Both the position numbers and the translations under genes were made by a program. Under the pieces are notes generated by a model that saw nothing but the letters and a program-made list of their open reading frames with translations, ran no database searches and was not told the origin of the DNA. A DNA stretch of 64,000 nt from assembly GCA_965238175.1 (NCBI GenBank), contig CBDEGZ010000003.1:2912001-2976000 (forward strand), written 5' to 3'. Source of the DNA: Gammaproteobacteria bacterium. Lineage in GTDB: Bacteria; Pseudomonadota; Gammaproteobacteria; CAJXQU01. Positions within the stretch are counted from its first letter, which is position 1. Each line of letters starts with the position of its first letter. Positions 8,297-19,841 of this stretch are shown here, piece by piece.

Positions 8297-9487
8297 TCAG
8301 ATTACTGATGAGGCTTGTTGTTCCAACTTATTAGCGGATACTTTTTTATTAATAATTCCGATATAACTAGCGATCATTTCCTCATAAGAAAATTGTTGTT
8401 TGACATGCTCAAATGCCTTTAAGCCCATTTTGGTACGTAGCGCCTTTGAATCAAATAATTTTTCCATAGCGACAAGGATTGAATTAGCCTCAGTAGATAC
8501 TAAAAATCCATCAACACCATCTTCTATAACCTCGACATTTCCACCAACACAAGATGCTATCGCAGGCTTTTTTGCAGCCATAGCTTCTAATAATGCATTT
8601 GACAGCCCTTCTGTATGGCTCGCTAGTACAAATATATCAATAGCATCATAAACATGTTCAATATCATCTCGTGATCCTAAAAAGTGTACATATGACTCGA
8701 GATTTAAACTAGAAACCAGTTGCTCTAATTGCGCACGTAAATGGCCTATACCGGCGAGTATCAGGTGTGCGTTTTTACCTTTTTCATGCATTGTTTTCAG
8801 CGCACTTATAACAGAAGAATGGTTTTTAACCGGGAATAAATTTGCAACCATTCCAAAGATTTGTTCATTCGAATTTACACCTATCTGCGTTCTAATTTCG
8901 TTTCCATTTAAATTCTCAAAACGTTTAAGATCAACCGCATTGTAGATAACTTTTATTTTTTCAGCAGTAACACCTTGATCAATAATTGAATCTTTCACTG
9001 CATTCGAAACAGCAATGAAATGTGTAAAAAGCCTATTTACGACTCGGTATACCAATGCCAATTTCTTACTATTTCTAAAACCTGTATCTCTCCGATTAGA
9101 AATTCTCATTTCAATACCAGCAAAATACCCTAAAGTTCCAACTACTACGTCTGACGTTTCAAAAAATGACATAGCACAATCATAATCACCAGCCTTCATA
9201 ATCTTATAGATTTTGATCAAGTGTTTTAGCGCAGAGGGTGCGTACACTCTTCTAATTGGTATTCTATGAAAGTTTATATTAGATAATTCGGACAAATAAC
9301 GAGCGTCAAATACATTGTCAACAGGGTTATCCATATCAAAATAGATAACATCCACAGAGCAACTTTCAGGATCCAAGCCTAATAATAAATTCCAAAGATG
9401 ACACTCTGCACCTCCTGTCCGACCACCGACTACCGTGTCAGTTAAAATTAATAATTTCCGCACAATTAATATTTCCCTGTTTTGCAC
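8297..9487 (-). CDS. glycosyltransferase family 4
   Basis: GGAECH, VANLFPVKNH, EGLSNALLEAMA. Confidence 0.9.
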   Translation of the reverse strand: MQNREILIVRKLLILTDTVVGGRTGGAECHLWNLLLGLDPESCSVDVIYFDMDNPVDNVFDARYLSELSNINFHRIPIRRVYAPSALKHLIKIYKIMKAGDYDCAMSFFETSDVVVGTLGYFAGIEMRISNRRDTGFRNSKKLALVYRVVNRLFTHFIAVSNAVKDSIIDQGVTAEKIKVIYNAVDLKRFENLNGNEIRTQIGVNSNEQIFGMVANLFPVKNHSSVISALKTMHEKGKNAHLILAGIGHLRAQLEQLVSSLNLESYVHFLGSRDDIEHVYDAIDIFVLASHTEGLSNALLEAMAAKKPAIASCVGGNVEVIEDGVDGFLVSTEANSILVAMEKLFDSKALRTKMGLKAFEHVKQQFSYEEMIASYIGIINKKVSANKLEQQASSVI

Positions 9488-9535
9488 AACGCATAATCTA
9501 AATTACGTTTGTATGTGCGTACAACAATTGATTTA

Positions 9536-10648
9536 CTATCCAGGTTCACCAGGAGGAATAAACCCTTGTATGACACCACTCGACTCACTATTTTTTTGAA
9601 TAACAGCCGCTCCTTTTTTCTCAATCGAAACGAGTTTCGCAGTTAGCTCATTACTCTCGACTTGCTGCTGTTTTTTCTTAAACTCTTCAAGTTTATTATC
9701 CATCATGCTACCAATCGCATTGATTAATTGTTCCTGTTGAAGTAGCGCATTAGCAGAACTATTAACGTTAGATACATCGGGGCTAATAGGGTTTACTTGA
9801 CCAGGCCCTGCTGCAGGATCTAGCTCATCTGTTCCCCAAGACTCTTCTACAAGATCTCCTCTCACCATTTCAAGAATTGCTTCGCCAATTTCGCTACTTT
9901 CTTCAAGACCAGCACAAAGTAACAGGCGATCACAAAATACATTTATCTTTCTTGGGATTCCTTTTGCGTGTTCATATATCGCATCAAAAGCCTGCTCAGT
10001 AAATATAGGATTTCCAACCCAACCAACCATCTGCAAACGATGAGTAACATAACCTTCCGTTTCATCTCGGCTCATTGGTTTTAAATGGTAGGCTGCAATT
10101 ACACGCTGTCTTAGCTGCTCAAATTGAGGTAACCGCATGGTTGCCCTAAATTCTCTTTGCCCTAACAAGAAGCTCTGTAGTAATGCTCTACTATCCATCT
10201 GGAAATTTGATAGCATTCGCAACTCTTCTATTGATCTCGGAGGTAAATTTTGAGCTTCATCGACCAGTAATAATGCCCTTTTACCTTCATGAGCAAGCTG
10301 TCTAAAAAAAGTTTCAAGATTTTTAAGCAGAACCGCTTTAGAAACTCCGTCATAGGCAAGCCCAAACTCGGCTGCAACAACCCTCAATAAATCATCTTCT
10401 TGAATCTGTGTAGTCACTACCTTAGCAGCAACGATGTGCTTATTTTCCAGCTCATCTGATAAAGCATTTACTAAAGTTGTTTTCCCTGTCCCAACATCGC
10501 CAGTAATGACGATAAACCCTTCCATCGACTTTATTCCATATAGTAGATACGAAAGGGCTCTTTTATGACCGTTACTTTCATAAAAAAATCGATGATCAGG
10601 CGTTATTTGAAATGGCTTACCCGTAAAATTGTAATATTCTCGATACAT
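9536..10648 (-). CDS. XrtA/PEP-CTERM system-associated ExeA-like AAA ATPase
   Basis: MYREYYNF..KPFQITPD; Walker A GDVGTGKTT; DEAQNL; EELRMLSN. Confidence 0.88.
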   Translation of the reverse strand: MYREYYNFTGKPFQITPDHRFFYESNGHKRALSYLLYGIKSMEGFIVITGDVGTGKTTLVNALSDELENKHIVAAKVVTTQIQEDDLLRVVAAEFGLAYDGVSKAVLLKNLETFFRQLAHEGKRALLLVDEAQNLPPRSIEELRMLSNFQMDSRALLQSFLLGQREFRATMRLPQFEQLRQRVIAAYHLKPMSRDETEGYVTHRLQMVGWVGNPIFTEQAFDAIYEHAKGIPRKINVFCDRLLLCAGLEESSEIGEAILEMVRGDLVEESWGTDELDPAAGPGQVNPISPDVSNVNSSANALLQQEQLINAIGSMMDNKLEEFKKKQQQVESNELTAKLVSIEKKGAAVIQKNSESSGVIQGFIPPGEPG

Positions 10649-10700
10649 AAGTCTAGTTCACACTGCTAATTTATTTTCATTCTGTAGCTAAAATCAATAC

Positions 10701-11624
10701 TCAGGGACTGTTATAATAACCATAGTAGCCTGAGTCACTTTCATCATCACTTTGATTTAAAATCAAACCAACATATTTAGAATGATCAAGGCGCTCGACC
10801 GCACTAATAAATTCTTTTTCTGTAGTCTTACCTGCGTGTATAACAAAAGCTACCTGCCCTACCAAGCTAGCCAAAACTGGAGCCTCACTTGTTGCTAATA
10901 TCGGTGGACAATCGAATAAGATAACCCGATCCTTGTAACGCTTGGATAGCTCATTAACCAAAGCTTCCATACGACTACTGGACATTAGCTCAGTTACGTT
11001 ATTAACTTTCTTGCCGGTAGGCAAAATCGTCAGGCCATCGATATCTGTCCTAATCAATACCTCATTAAGACTAGCATTTCCAATCAAAACCTCCGTCAGT
11101 CCAGCTTTACCAGACAAACCAAAGTTTTTCGTCGTATCTGATTTAGCAACATCTGCATCGATAAGAAGGACTCTTCTATCAATCTCACGGGCAATACTTA
11201 AAGCGAGATTTGTAGTGATAAAAGTTTTACCTTCATCTGGAAGCGAACTCGTCACCATGATTAGATTACCCTTTTCTATTGAGGTACCATCACCTAACCC
11301 TGCAGAATTCAATAACAACCTACGCTTGATCATTCTCAACTCTTCATTAAGGCGTGGGTTATCCTCATTAATCAGCTCAACGTGTTCTTTACGTAAGCGT
11401 CTTAAATCTACTTTAATCGTTTCAGTAGTACTTTCTTCTACGGCACGGTTTTCTACACTAGGCTCTCTACTGTTGGAAAAACGCTGACCACTCACACGAT
11501 CAGCTTCGGCAACGACAGCCCCAAAGACTTCAGCGACACTTTCAGAATCTTTTTTCTGGACAATTCTGTTTGGTTCTATAGGGTCAACCATCAGCTTGTT
11601 TACTGCTTTTTCTATGATACTCAT
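10701..11624 (-). CDS. XrtA-associated tyrosine autokinase (BY-kinase)
   Basis: MSIIEKA start; TSSLPDEGKT; DAD; FDCPP; Tyr-rich tail GYYGYY. Confidence 0.9.
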   Translation of the reverse strand: MSIIEKAVNKLMVDPIEPNRIVQKKDSESVAEVFGAVVAEADRVSGQRFSNSREPSVENRAVEESTTETIKVDLRRLRKEHVELINEDNPRLNEELRMIKRRLLLNSAGLGDGTSIEKGNLIMVTSSLPDEGKTFITTNLALSIAREIDRRVLLIDADVAKSDTTKNFGLSGKAGLTEVLIGNASLNEVLIRTDIDGLTILPTGKKVNNVTELMSSSRMEALVNELSKRYKDRVILFDCPPILATSEAPVLASLVGQVAFVIHAGKTTEKEFISAVERLDHSKYVGLILNQSDDESDSGYYGYYNSP

Positions 11625-11647
11625 AATATTATTCTCAATACTTTTCC

Positions 11648-13309
11648 TTATTCCAACATATCCTTAATAGAACCACCAACACCATCATCTATTTGTTCTT
11701 CTACTTGTTCGACACCAAACCCGGCATAGTCCCGAACGTAATCAACATCAAACAAATATGCCAACATCAAAGTTGCATATACTAGAAGTAACATACCTGA
11801 TGCCAGCGAATAAGAGATATTACCAGCCCCTTTTACCAAGTGGCTGCCAACACTATTTAATTGTGAAATATTACCCAAAATAGGCAAGGTCGTTAATTGT
11901 TTTATAGACTGCTTGCTATATATTTTAGGTTGCATCATTGACAAACAGATACCGCCTCCCACACCACCAGCAAGTGCTAACAAAAACACCACTGTTAGCA
12001 ACTTAAATCGGTTCGGTCCAATAGGTGTAAGTGGCACACGTGGTGGATCAATTATTTCAAATTGAAGCTTATCAGTATTATTCACATCCTCTGTGATACT
12101 TGCAGCTTCTCTTCTCTTTAATAATTCAGCATGCTCTACCCTATTTACCGAATAATCACGATCCAATCTGGCTAACTTAGCTTCAATATCGGGCAAAGTA
12201 TCAACTGAAGCTTCCATTTCGATTAATCTTTTCTTATATTCGGCCACTCTCGTCTTGAGTGCAGCTACCATAGCATCCGCCTCACCATAAGCTAACTTTA
12301 AGGTTTGATAAGCGGGGTTTGCAACAGAAATTGGAGCTGTGCGAATTGCATTACCATCGCCTGCATCAGTCACTACGCCCGTTACACCAGCACTTTTTTG
12401 TGCTTGTAGTTGCTCCAGTTTCCTTTTAGCAGATGCAACATCAGGGTGTGCACCTGAGTACTTTAATAATAACCCATCAAGTTCAGCCTGAGCTGTCATG
12501 ATGTTGATATCAATCGGTAAACCTCCGCTCTGCCTAACACCACCAACAACCCCACCTCCAGTTGCTGTATAGGCTGGAGTTGTCTTTAACTGTTTTGCAA
12601 GAGCAGCACGTCGATGCTCGAGCTCTTGCAAATCTAATTTTGCAGTTTGAAACTGCAGTTTCATTGCCTCTAAGCGTGTGAAATAAGTTCTTTCATCATT
12701 AGCAATAACACCTGGATGTTCTTTTTTAAATGCAACCAGTCGTTGTTCTGCACCCTGTAACTTTACTTCGTACTCAGCAATTTTCTCATCTAGAAACCTT
12801 TTTGAGACATCCGTATCTAACCTGTTTGCACTAACGACTTTTTCAATGAATAAATCTAATAATGTTTGAACCACCTTTTTTGCCACAAGGGGATCACTAC
12901 TCGTGTAAACCAGGCTATACACATTATTTTCTTCCCTACCCCCACCAATTAAGATCTGCTCTGAAAGTCTTTTTAGCATTTTCTCATAACCTCTGGAAGT
13001 GCTAACTTTCTTATCTAGCTCAGCTCTACTAGCAACGATCTCTAAGTTAGGACGGGAAAGTAATGTTCGTTTCATTATTTCTGCTGTCGACTCGGTTACC
13101 GTACTTTCAACAGTAATATTTTTTAATAAAGGTTTTAGCATTGAACGGGTGTCGACATAAACACGGCTCGTAACTTCATAACTGTCTGGCGTAACAATCA
13201 CTGCCACCCAGCCAATAACCGAAATTAAAATAGCCACGATCAAACCCAGCCATCGGTTTTCCCAAAAGTTCCTAAAAAGATGTTTTATCTGTTCTACTGT
13301 TTCTTCCAT
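11648..13309 (-). CDS. XrtA-system polysaccharide chain length determinant (Wzz/Wzc-N)
   Basis: N-terminal TM; YVDTRSMLKPLL; HPDV coiled coil; FEIIDPPRVP; C-terminal TMs. Confidence 0.88.
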   Translation of the reverse strand: MEETVEQIKHLFRNFWENRWLGLIVAILISVIGWVAVIVTPDSYEVTSRVYVDTRSMLKPLLKNITVESTVTESTAEIMKRTLLSRPNLEIVASRAELDKKVSTSRGYEKMLKRLSEQILIGGGREENNVYSLVYTSSDPLVAKKVVQTLLDLFIEKVVSANRLDTDVSKRFLDEKIAEYEVKLQGAEQRLVAFKKEHPGVIANDERTYFTRLEAMKLQFQTAKLDLQELEHRRAALAKQLKTTPAYTATGGGVVGGVRQSGGLPIDINIMTAQAELDGLLLKYSGAHPDVASAKRKLEQLQAQKSAGVTGVVTDAGDGNAIRTAPISVANPAYQTLKLAYGEADAMVAALKTRVAEYKKRLIEMEASVDTLPDIEAKLARLDRDYSVNRVEHAELLKRREAASITEDVNNTDKLQFEIIDPPRVPLTPIGPNRFKLLTVVFLLALAGGVGGGICLSMMQPKIYSKQSIKQLTTLPILGNISQLNSVGSHLVKGAGNISYSLASGMLLLVYATLMLAYLFDVDYVRDYAGFGVEQVEEQIDDGVGGSIKDMLE

Positions 13310-13613
13310 AACTATAAGAATTCTTCAATTAATGTAAAAATTTATAATTTGCATTATCCCTTCTTAAGCGAAACGCATCATCCTTTGCTAAATCAATCCT
13401 TTAACTCTAGTTAGAGTATTAATTTTCTCCTAGATCCACCAGTCAGAGTCAGACAAAACCTCTATTATATCACCTTAATGCTAACAGAGTTTTACATAAG
13501 TGCCGAGGATCATTAATAACTAGCTAATGCTTCCCAGGCCTCATACTTCCGATAATCGATTACTGCTATTCTTTAAAATTAACTTTGCCTTTAAACTGAT
13601 CAAAAAAATTGTC

Positions 13614-15029
13614 CTAACGCCCTCCTTTACCCCAGAGTACCACTTGAACAGTCTGTAGCAGTATTGTGATATCTAAAAACAGACTATAATTTTTCAGGTA
13701 ATACAAATCGTACTGAAGTTTTTCGCGTGAATCTTCTTCTGAGGCACCATACGGATAACAAATTTGAGCCCAACCTGTGATACCTGGTTTCACATGATGA
13801 CGCATTTCGTAATATTTAATCGTTTTTGCCAGTTCTGAAACAAACTGAGGTCTCTCCGGTCTTGGACCTACAAAGCTCATGTCCCCGCGAAGCACATTAT
13901 AAAGTTGCGGCAATTCGTCCAGACGTGTTTTACGTATAAATGCACCAACCCCGGTAACACGACTATCATTAGATTGCGCCCACTGTGCCACACCATTCTT
14001 CTCAGCATCAACACGCATACTTCTAAATTTCAATATTTCAAAATGCTTCCCATTTAAGCCTACACGTACTTGCCTATAAATAACCGGATCTCGAAACCCG
14101 GATTCTATAAAAATCGCCAGAGCAGTAAGCCCAATAAATGGTAAAAATAGAATTGCAAGAATCGTACTGACAACAACATCAAAAACCCGTTTACCTGAAG
14201 ACTTTAGTACAGCCTGTGTAAAACCATCTGCAAAAATAAAATTACTTGGATGTAAAGAATCCAGCTTCATTTTTCCAAGCTGGCGTTCATAAAAGGTAGA
14301 CACATCGATAATTTGGACGCCTTGCATTTTACATTGCAAAATATCATCGACAGGAATACTGTTTCGCCTATCATCTACCGCAACCACGATTTCATCGATG
14401 TCACTGGATACGACATAGTCTATGAGGTGTATATTCTCAAGAGAAATGATTCGTTCATCAGCTACAACCTGTTTATCATTACCTACCGGAGCAAACCCAA
14501 CTAAATTAATACCTCGATGATCTGTTTTTCGTCTGAGTTGGCCAATAAGTTGGGCTGTATGACCTACACCCAGGATCAATAAGTTCCTTTGCCATGCAGT
14601 ATCTGTTCGATGAAAACAAAGAAACCGACTGGAAATAATCCCAATGAAAGCACAAAAGAAGGCCATGCCAAATGCACCCCGACCAAGTATCAAGTCCGGA
14701 GTCATGTAAAAAACCAAAGCCATCAACAACAATCCTATAAAGAAACTGCCGACAATTCTTACAAAAGTCGTTTTTGATCCTTCACGATAATCCCGTTGAT
14801 AGAGCCCCATTGTTGTCATCACACCAAACATGACAAGCATAAAAACCATTGCACGAGGGAAAATAGTTTGGAGTGGACCTTCAATTTCAATACTGTATAT
14901 CTGGTATGAGTGCCAATCGTAGAAACGTAAAATCACACCCAAATAAACAGATACAAAAAAAATGGCGAGTTCAACCATTATTAGCATCATTATTGTCTTT
15001 GGCACGTAATGTCTGAAGATTCTGTACAT
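13614..15029 (-). CDS. PEP-CTERM/XrtA-system priming sugar (phosphoglycosyl) transferase
   Basis: RIFRHY start; KFRSM, RLDELPQL, GPRPERP, KPGITGWAQ, KLQYDLYY. Confidence 0.92.
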   Translation of the reverse strand: MYRIFRHYVPKTIMMLIMVELAIFFVSVYLGVILRFYDWHSYQIYSIEIEGPLQTIFPRAMVFMLVMFGVMTTMGLYQRDYREGSKTTFVRIVGSFFIGLLLMALVFYMTPDLILGRGAFGMAFFCAFIGIISSRFLCFHRTDTAWQRNLLILGVGHTAQLIGQLRRKTDHRGINLVGFAPVGNDKQVVADERIISLENIHLIDYVVSSDIDEIVVAVDDRRNSIPVDDILQCKMQGVQIIDVSTFYERQLGKMKLDSLHPSNFIFADGFTQAVLKSSGKRVFDVVVSTILAILFLPFIGLTALAIFIESGFRDPVIYRQVRVGLNGKHFEILKFRSMRVDAEKNGVAQWAQSNDSRVTGVGAFIRKTRLDELPQLYNVLRGDMSFVGPRPERPQFVSELAKTIKYYEMRHHVKPGITGWAQICYPYGASEEDSREKLQYDLYYLKNYSLFLDITILLQTVQVVLWGKGGR

Positions 15030-15070
15030 ATATTATATTACTTTTGGCCTTATTTGGTTTCTTCTTAGTT

Positions 15071-15097
15071 TTATCGGCAGCCTGACTAGGATCTTTA
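15071..15097 (-). promoter_or_regulatory. sigma-28 (FliA)-type promoter
   Basis: Minus strand TAAA-N15-GCCGATAA, a perfect consensus match, ~40 bp upstream of the ATG at 15029. Confidence 0.7.
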
Positions 15098-15288
15098 AAG
15101 TTAGAACCAATAATAGAACGACTGTGTCTGTAAAACAGGTACGATACTTTTCAATAGCTAAATATTACAGAGATAGTGCAGATTCATCTTACGAAAGACA
15201 AGGAAACAATCCTTTTAATAACAACATGTTACATTTTACATTGTTATAACAATTACTAGATAACTCAGTTATTTAAAAGCAGGAATTC

Positions 15289-15308
15289 TGTCGTTATCTA
15301 ACGACAAT
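15289..15308. promoter_or_regulatory. GlrR-type enhancer box TGTC-N10-GACA
   Basis: TGTCGTTATCTAACGACAAT; near-identical box at 21824. Confidence 0.65.
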
Positions 15309-15408
15309 TAGAATTGGTACAATAGAATAAATGTTAGTTCTACTTTAAATAGATAATTTTTTATAATTCGAATATAAAACTATCATCTTAAAGAGTATCG
15401 AAGATCAG

Positions 15409-17973
15409 TCACTTCATAAATCGATCAAGTGTTTGTAACAAGGTCGCCTTTTTAATCGGTTTTGTCAGATGAGAATCACAGCCAGCCTCCAGGCTTTTTT
15501 CCATATCTTCTTTAACAGCATGAGCAGTTAAGGCGATGATAGGAGTTGATTCTAAATGATTTTCTTTCTCCCAACGTCTAATCTCACGGGTTGCAGTATG
15601 TCCATCCATAACGGGCATCTGAATATCCATTAATACCAAACTATAATGCCCTTTTGTGAATTTTTCGACCGCAATCTGGCCATTCTCTGCTTCTTCAATC
15701 TTAAATGTTGTTCTCTTCAAATAAGCATTGATCAATAACCGGTTATCTTCGTTATCTTCAACCAGCAAAATAGGTGCGCAATTAATAAACGACTTTTGTT
15801 CAATTGTATTTAGGTGTTGATTGTCGCTGGGTAACGACACCGATAATGTTCCGGCAACAGCCCTCAATAGCTCTTCAGATTTGATCGGTTTTACCAAGTA
15901 ATTGCTTACACCACATGACTTAGCTTTTTCCAAATCACTATTTAAGTTGGAAGAAGATAACATGAGTACAGTCCTGACACTGCCACCGATTTTATGGACC
16001 CTATTTATGACATCAAAACCATCTATATCTGGCATATGAAAATCAGAAATAACCAAATCATATGGAGATCCTTTTTCTATCGCATCTTTGTAGGCAATAA
16101 CTCCAGAATGACCATCTTTTGCCTCTGTGATAATCATCTCTTTTTGCGATAATATTTCTCTGAGAACGAGCCTATTAGTATCATTATCATCAATGATCAA
16201 AACTCGTTGACCTGACGTATCAGGGATAGCAATGGGTAATAGATCTCCCATAGGTTCGCCCTTCTGCATCCTTATCGTAAAATGGAAAACACTGCCTCTT
16301 CCTTGCTGACTTTCCACCCACATCTGACCACCCATTATTTCTGAAAGACGTCTTGATATGGTCAAGCCCAAACCTGTTCCTCCATATTTGCGTGTGGTAG
16401 ATGAATCGACTTGATTGAAACTACCAAATATAGTGTCAAGTTTTGCTACAGGAATACCAATTCCTGTATCCGCTACGGAACACTGCAACAGAAAAGGATC
16501 ATCCTGATCAGGAGCTTGTCTAACTCTTAGAAAGATCTCACCACTTTCAGTAAATTTAACCGCATTTCCAAGCAAATTGAGAATAATCTGCCTTAACCTT
16601 CCTGGATCACCTTTCACCCAAACTGGAACATCCGCAACAACCTGACAAATCAATTCAATCCCTTTTTCATCAGTTTTTAAAGAATAAATATCGGTTGCTT
16701 CTTCAATTAATCGCGGCAAATCAAAATCAATCTCTTCTATGACGAGTTGTCCTGCCTCAATTTTAGACAAATCAAGAATATCGTTTACCAAACTTAGTAA
16801 CGCTTCGCCAGATTTACGAAAAATATCAACATAGCGGTTTTGTTCTCCAGAAAGCCTTGTTTCAGACAATAATTCAGCCATCCCAATAATCGCGTTTAAC
16901 GGCGTGCGAATTTCATGACTCATGCTGGCAAGGAATTCAGATTTTACTCTAGAAGCTTCTAACGCCTGATCGCGAGCCGTTGCTAATTCTCGTGTTTGTC
17001 GCTCAACTTGTCGTTCAATCTCTCTATTTCTTTCACGTAACTCTCGCGCTTGTATCTCTTTAGCTCTTGCAAGTGCGATCAATAATAAGGTAACCCCTGC
17101 ACCAAGAAACAAAGCTGTCAAGATTAACTTTTGATCAAGATCCGCCCAATACACAGGTCGCTGTATAGTTAATTTAGTCGAATAGTAGGGAAATTGAACC
17201 AGTGCTTCTTCGCTTAAATTCGTTATATTCCAACCTTTTGAAGAAAGATCTTCTTTGATCTTTTTCCGGAAGAGTAACTGTCTTCCTGCAATTCCCTCAG
17301 ATTCACTTTGTAACCTTATTGACAATGCATCAGAAAGTGAATTACCTAATAATGCCTCCGGTGTAATAGCCACAATGACCAGATTGTGTTTAGTTATACC
17401 TCCTGAAGCTTCATCACTCGAAACTCCTTGGACTGATTTTATCAACATATAATTAGGTTGATCGTCTCCTTCTTGATTCATTGGAGTAGGAACAACATGT
17501 TCTGTGTTCATTGCAGAATCTACTGCAATTCTCATTTGCTCTGGTATCTCTAGCATATTGTTAATACTACATACTCTATCACCACTTTTTCCTACATGAA
17601 AAATACACCTCAGTTCTGCATGTTGCTTATTGGAATAGCGTTGCGAATTTTGTGATCCAACTTCGTAATGAGAAATAGAGCGAATAAAAGAATGTCTTTC
17701 TATAAATGATTTTGCGAATGAGTGAAAAGTGTTTTCGCTCATCTCAGGGAGGGATTCAAAAAGATCTGCCATTGTTATGGTCACATCATCAGCAGCAGAA
17801 ACGCCTCGGTTAACCAAAGAACTTATCGAAACTGTCTCAAAGGCAAACTCTTTTTTCTCATCATCTATCGAATTAAACCAGGCCAATAAGAAAAGTATTA
17901 ATGTAAATGACAAACCGAGAATGGTCGTCACTAAATAGATAAATCGTCTGGAAGGCAATCGATTGTGTTTCAA
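15409..17973 (-). CDS. hybrid sensor histidine kinase with two receiver domains
   Basis: Two TMs flanking a periplasmic domain; [14 protein letters not shown]; [10 protein letters not shown]; GGTGLGL; two REC domains. Confidence 0.93.
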   Translation of the reverse strand: MKHNRLPSRRFIYLVTTILGLSFTLILFLLAWFNSIDDEKKEFAFETVSISSLVNRGVSAADDVTITMADLFESLPEMSENTFHSFAKSFIERHSFIRSISHYEVGSQNSQRYSNKQHAELRCIFHVGKSGDRVCSINNMLEIPEQMRIAVDSAMNTEHVVPTPMNQEGDDQPNYMLIKSVQGVSSDEASGGITKHNLVIVAITPEALLGNSLSDALSIRLQSESEGIAGRQLLFRKKIKEDLSSKGWNITNLSEEALVQFPYYSTKLTIQRPVYWADLDQKLILTALFLGAGVTLLLIALARAKEIQARELRERNREIERQVERQTRELATARDQALEASRVKSEFLASMSHEIRTPLNAIIGMAELLSETRLSGEQNRYVDIFRKSGEALLSLVNDILDLSKIEAGQLVIEEIDFDLPRLIEEATDIYSLKTDEKGIELICQVVADVPVWVKGDPGRLRQIILNLLGNAVKFTESGEIFLRVRQAPDQDDPFLLQCSVADTGIGIPVAKLDTIFGSFNQVDSSTTRKYGGTGLGLTISRRLSEIMGGQMWVESQQGRGSVFHFTIRMQKGEPMGDLLPIAIPDTSGQRVLIIDDNDTNRLVLREILSQKEMIITEAKDGHSGVIAYKDAIEKGSPYDLVISDFHMPDIDGFDVINRVHKIGGSVRTVLMLSSSNLNSDLEKAKSCGVSNYLVKPIKSEELLRAVAGTLSVSLPSDNQHLNTIEQKSFINCAPILLVEDNEDNRLLINAYLKRTTFKIEEAENGQIAVEKFTKGHYSLVLMDIQMPVMDGHTATREIRRWEKENHLESTPIIALTAHAVKEDMEKSLEAGCDSHLTKPIKKATLLQTLDRFMK

Positions 17974-18009
17974 ACCTGACCCCGGTTTTGGAAACGTAGA
18001 AATAAGCGC

Positions 18010-18309
18010 TTAAGAATAAACTACTTCTACTCGATTAACATAATCTTCTAATATTTGGACAGCTTGAACAATTTCATCTTTGCTAGATGCAAGTGCTGCA
18101 ACCTCGATTCTACTGCCTAACTCTGTAATGGCGTCAAACCCATATCCACCACCAGATCCCTTCATGCTGTGTCCTAAAGTATGAATTTGATCAAAGTTTT
18201 TAGTCTGAAGACATTCTCTAATAAGTACGATGTCCTTACGACGATTATCCATATATCCGGGAATCAAATCCTCAAGATCAGGGTCGCACTGCACGGTTAT
18301 ATTTTCCAA
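18010..18309 (-). CDS. Hpt phosphotransfer protein
   Basis: LGHSMKGSGGGYGF. Confidence 0.9.
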   Translation of the reverse strand: MENITVQCDPDLEDLIPGYMDNRRKDIVLIRECLQTKNFDQIHTLGHSMKGSGGGYGFDAITELGSRIEVAALASSKDEIVQAVQILEDYVNRVEVVYS

Positions 18310-18341
18310 TTTGATTCTCCCTTCCTTTTTATTATCTATCT

Positions 18342-19709
18342 CTATAAGGCTTTCGCCGTATCTCGAAAATCTGCTGGATCAAGATTATGTGTGCTTAACA
18401 ATTTATAAAATTCCGTACGGTTCCTGCCCGCTATACGTGCCGAATTAGCAACCTGACCTCTGGTTAATTGTAAAACGCTGATCAAATAATCTTTTTCAAA
18501 CGAATGCTTCGCATCTTTAAGCGTTAAAAGATCTCTTGCCTTATTGCCTAACGCCTTTTGCACCATACTCAAAGGAATAATATTAGCTTTGTTCAATGTT
18601 GCACACAAATCAACAACATTTATCAACTGCCTGACATTTCCAGGCCAAGATGAGGCGATCAAATAGTTAATCGCATCAGGGGAAAAACCTTTCTTCTTCT
18701 CGCCTTTTTTCTTGGCAAACTTTTCTAAATAGTGCTCTAACAATAGTTCGATATCTTCGGGTCTTTCGGCCAAACTAGGAATCGCCAATGGCACAACATT
18801 CAACCGATAATATAGATCAGCCCGGAACGCACCGTCTGAGACCGCCTGTTCTAAATCGGTATGAGTAGCAGAAATAATGCGAACGTTTATTGAAACACTA
18901 CGTACTGAACCAACAGGTCTTACTTGAAAATCTTGTAGTACACGAAGCAATTTGACTTGCAAATCTAGAGGCATATCACCTATTTCATCAAGAAATAATG
19001 TTCCACCATCAGCCGCTTTGAACAAACCCTCATGTTGAGCCATCGCACCTGTAAAAGCACCTTTCTCATGACCAAATAACTCAGACTCTAATAGTTGTTC
19101 TGGAATTGCACCACAGTTCACACCAATAAAAGGTTTGTCTTTTCTAGGACTAGCATCGTGTATTGCTTTAGCCAATATTTCCTTACCAGTACCCGTTTCA
19201 CCACTGATAAATACGGTGATATCTCCATCAGCAACCGCCTTACCTTGGGCAATCAATTCAGCCATGGACGAACTGCGGTAGATAATATTTCGACCAAAAT
19301 CGCGATCTTTCTTAGCCTTACCTTTATTAAGGTGTAGATTTTTTCTAATTTGTGAAACAAGTTCTTCCTTATCAACTGGCTTAGTTAAAAATGCAGAAGA
19401 ACCTAAATGAGTCGCCTTTACAGCATCAGGAATATTCGCCTGTCCGCTTAGCATAATCACAGGAAGCAAAGGATTAAGACGATGAATTTCTGCCAACAAA
19501 GCCATACCATCCATTTCATCCATTATAAGATCTGTGATCACAATGTCTGGTCTTGTAATACTAATCTGAGCAAGTGCGTTTCTTCCAGAATTAACAGCTA
19601 CAACATCAAAATTTTCGGCTTTAAGCCATTTCGAAAATAATGCAAGAATATCGCTATCGTCGTCGACAACTAATATTCTAGAAGTTAGTTCTTTTGTTTT
19701 TTTACTCAC
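18342..19709 (-). CDS. glrR: sigma-54-dependent response regulator, GlrR/QseF-like
   Basis: REC domain + AAA+ ([14 protein letters not shown]) + C-terminal [10 protein letters not shown] typical of GlrR. Confidence 0.75.
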   Translation of the reverse strand: MSKKTKELTSRILVVDDDSDILALFSKWLKAENFDVVAVNSGRNALAQISITRPDIVITDLIMDEMDGMALLAEIHRLNPLLPVIMLSGQANIPDAVKATHLGSSAFLTKPVDKEELVSQIRKNLHLNKGKAKKDRDFGRNIIYRSSSMAELIAQGKAVADGDITVFISGETGTGKEILAKAIHDASPRKDKPFIGVNCGAIPEQLLESELFGHEKGAFTGAMAQHEGLFKAADGGTLFLDEIGDMPLDLQVKLLRVLQDFQVRPVGSVRSVSINVRIISATHTDLEQAVSDGAFRADLYYRLNVVPLAIPSLAERPEDIELLLEHYLEKFAKKKGEKKKGFSPDAINYLIASSWPGNVRQLINVVDLCATLNKANIIPLSMVQKALGNKARDLLTLKDAKHSFEKDYLISVLQLTRGQVANSARIAGRNRTEFYKLLSTHNLDPADFRDTAKAL

Positions 19710-19841
19710 AATGTTCCGCTATCTCATAATTTCTAACTGACGATTGTATTGACTTGGTTAAAAACTAACCATATCCAACTGTGAAAAAACATAAACAGGA
19801 AGAAAACTTACGTTTCATATTGATAGGATTACCTACTCACC

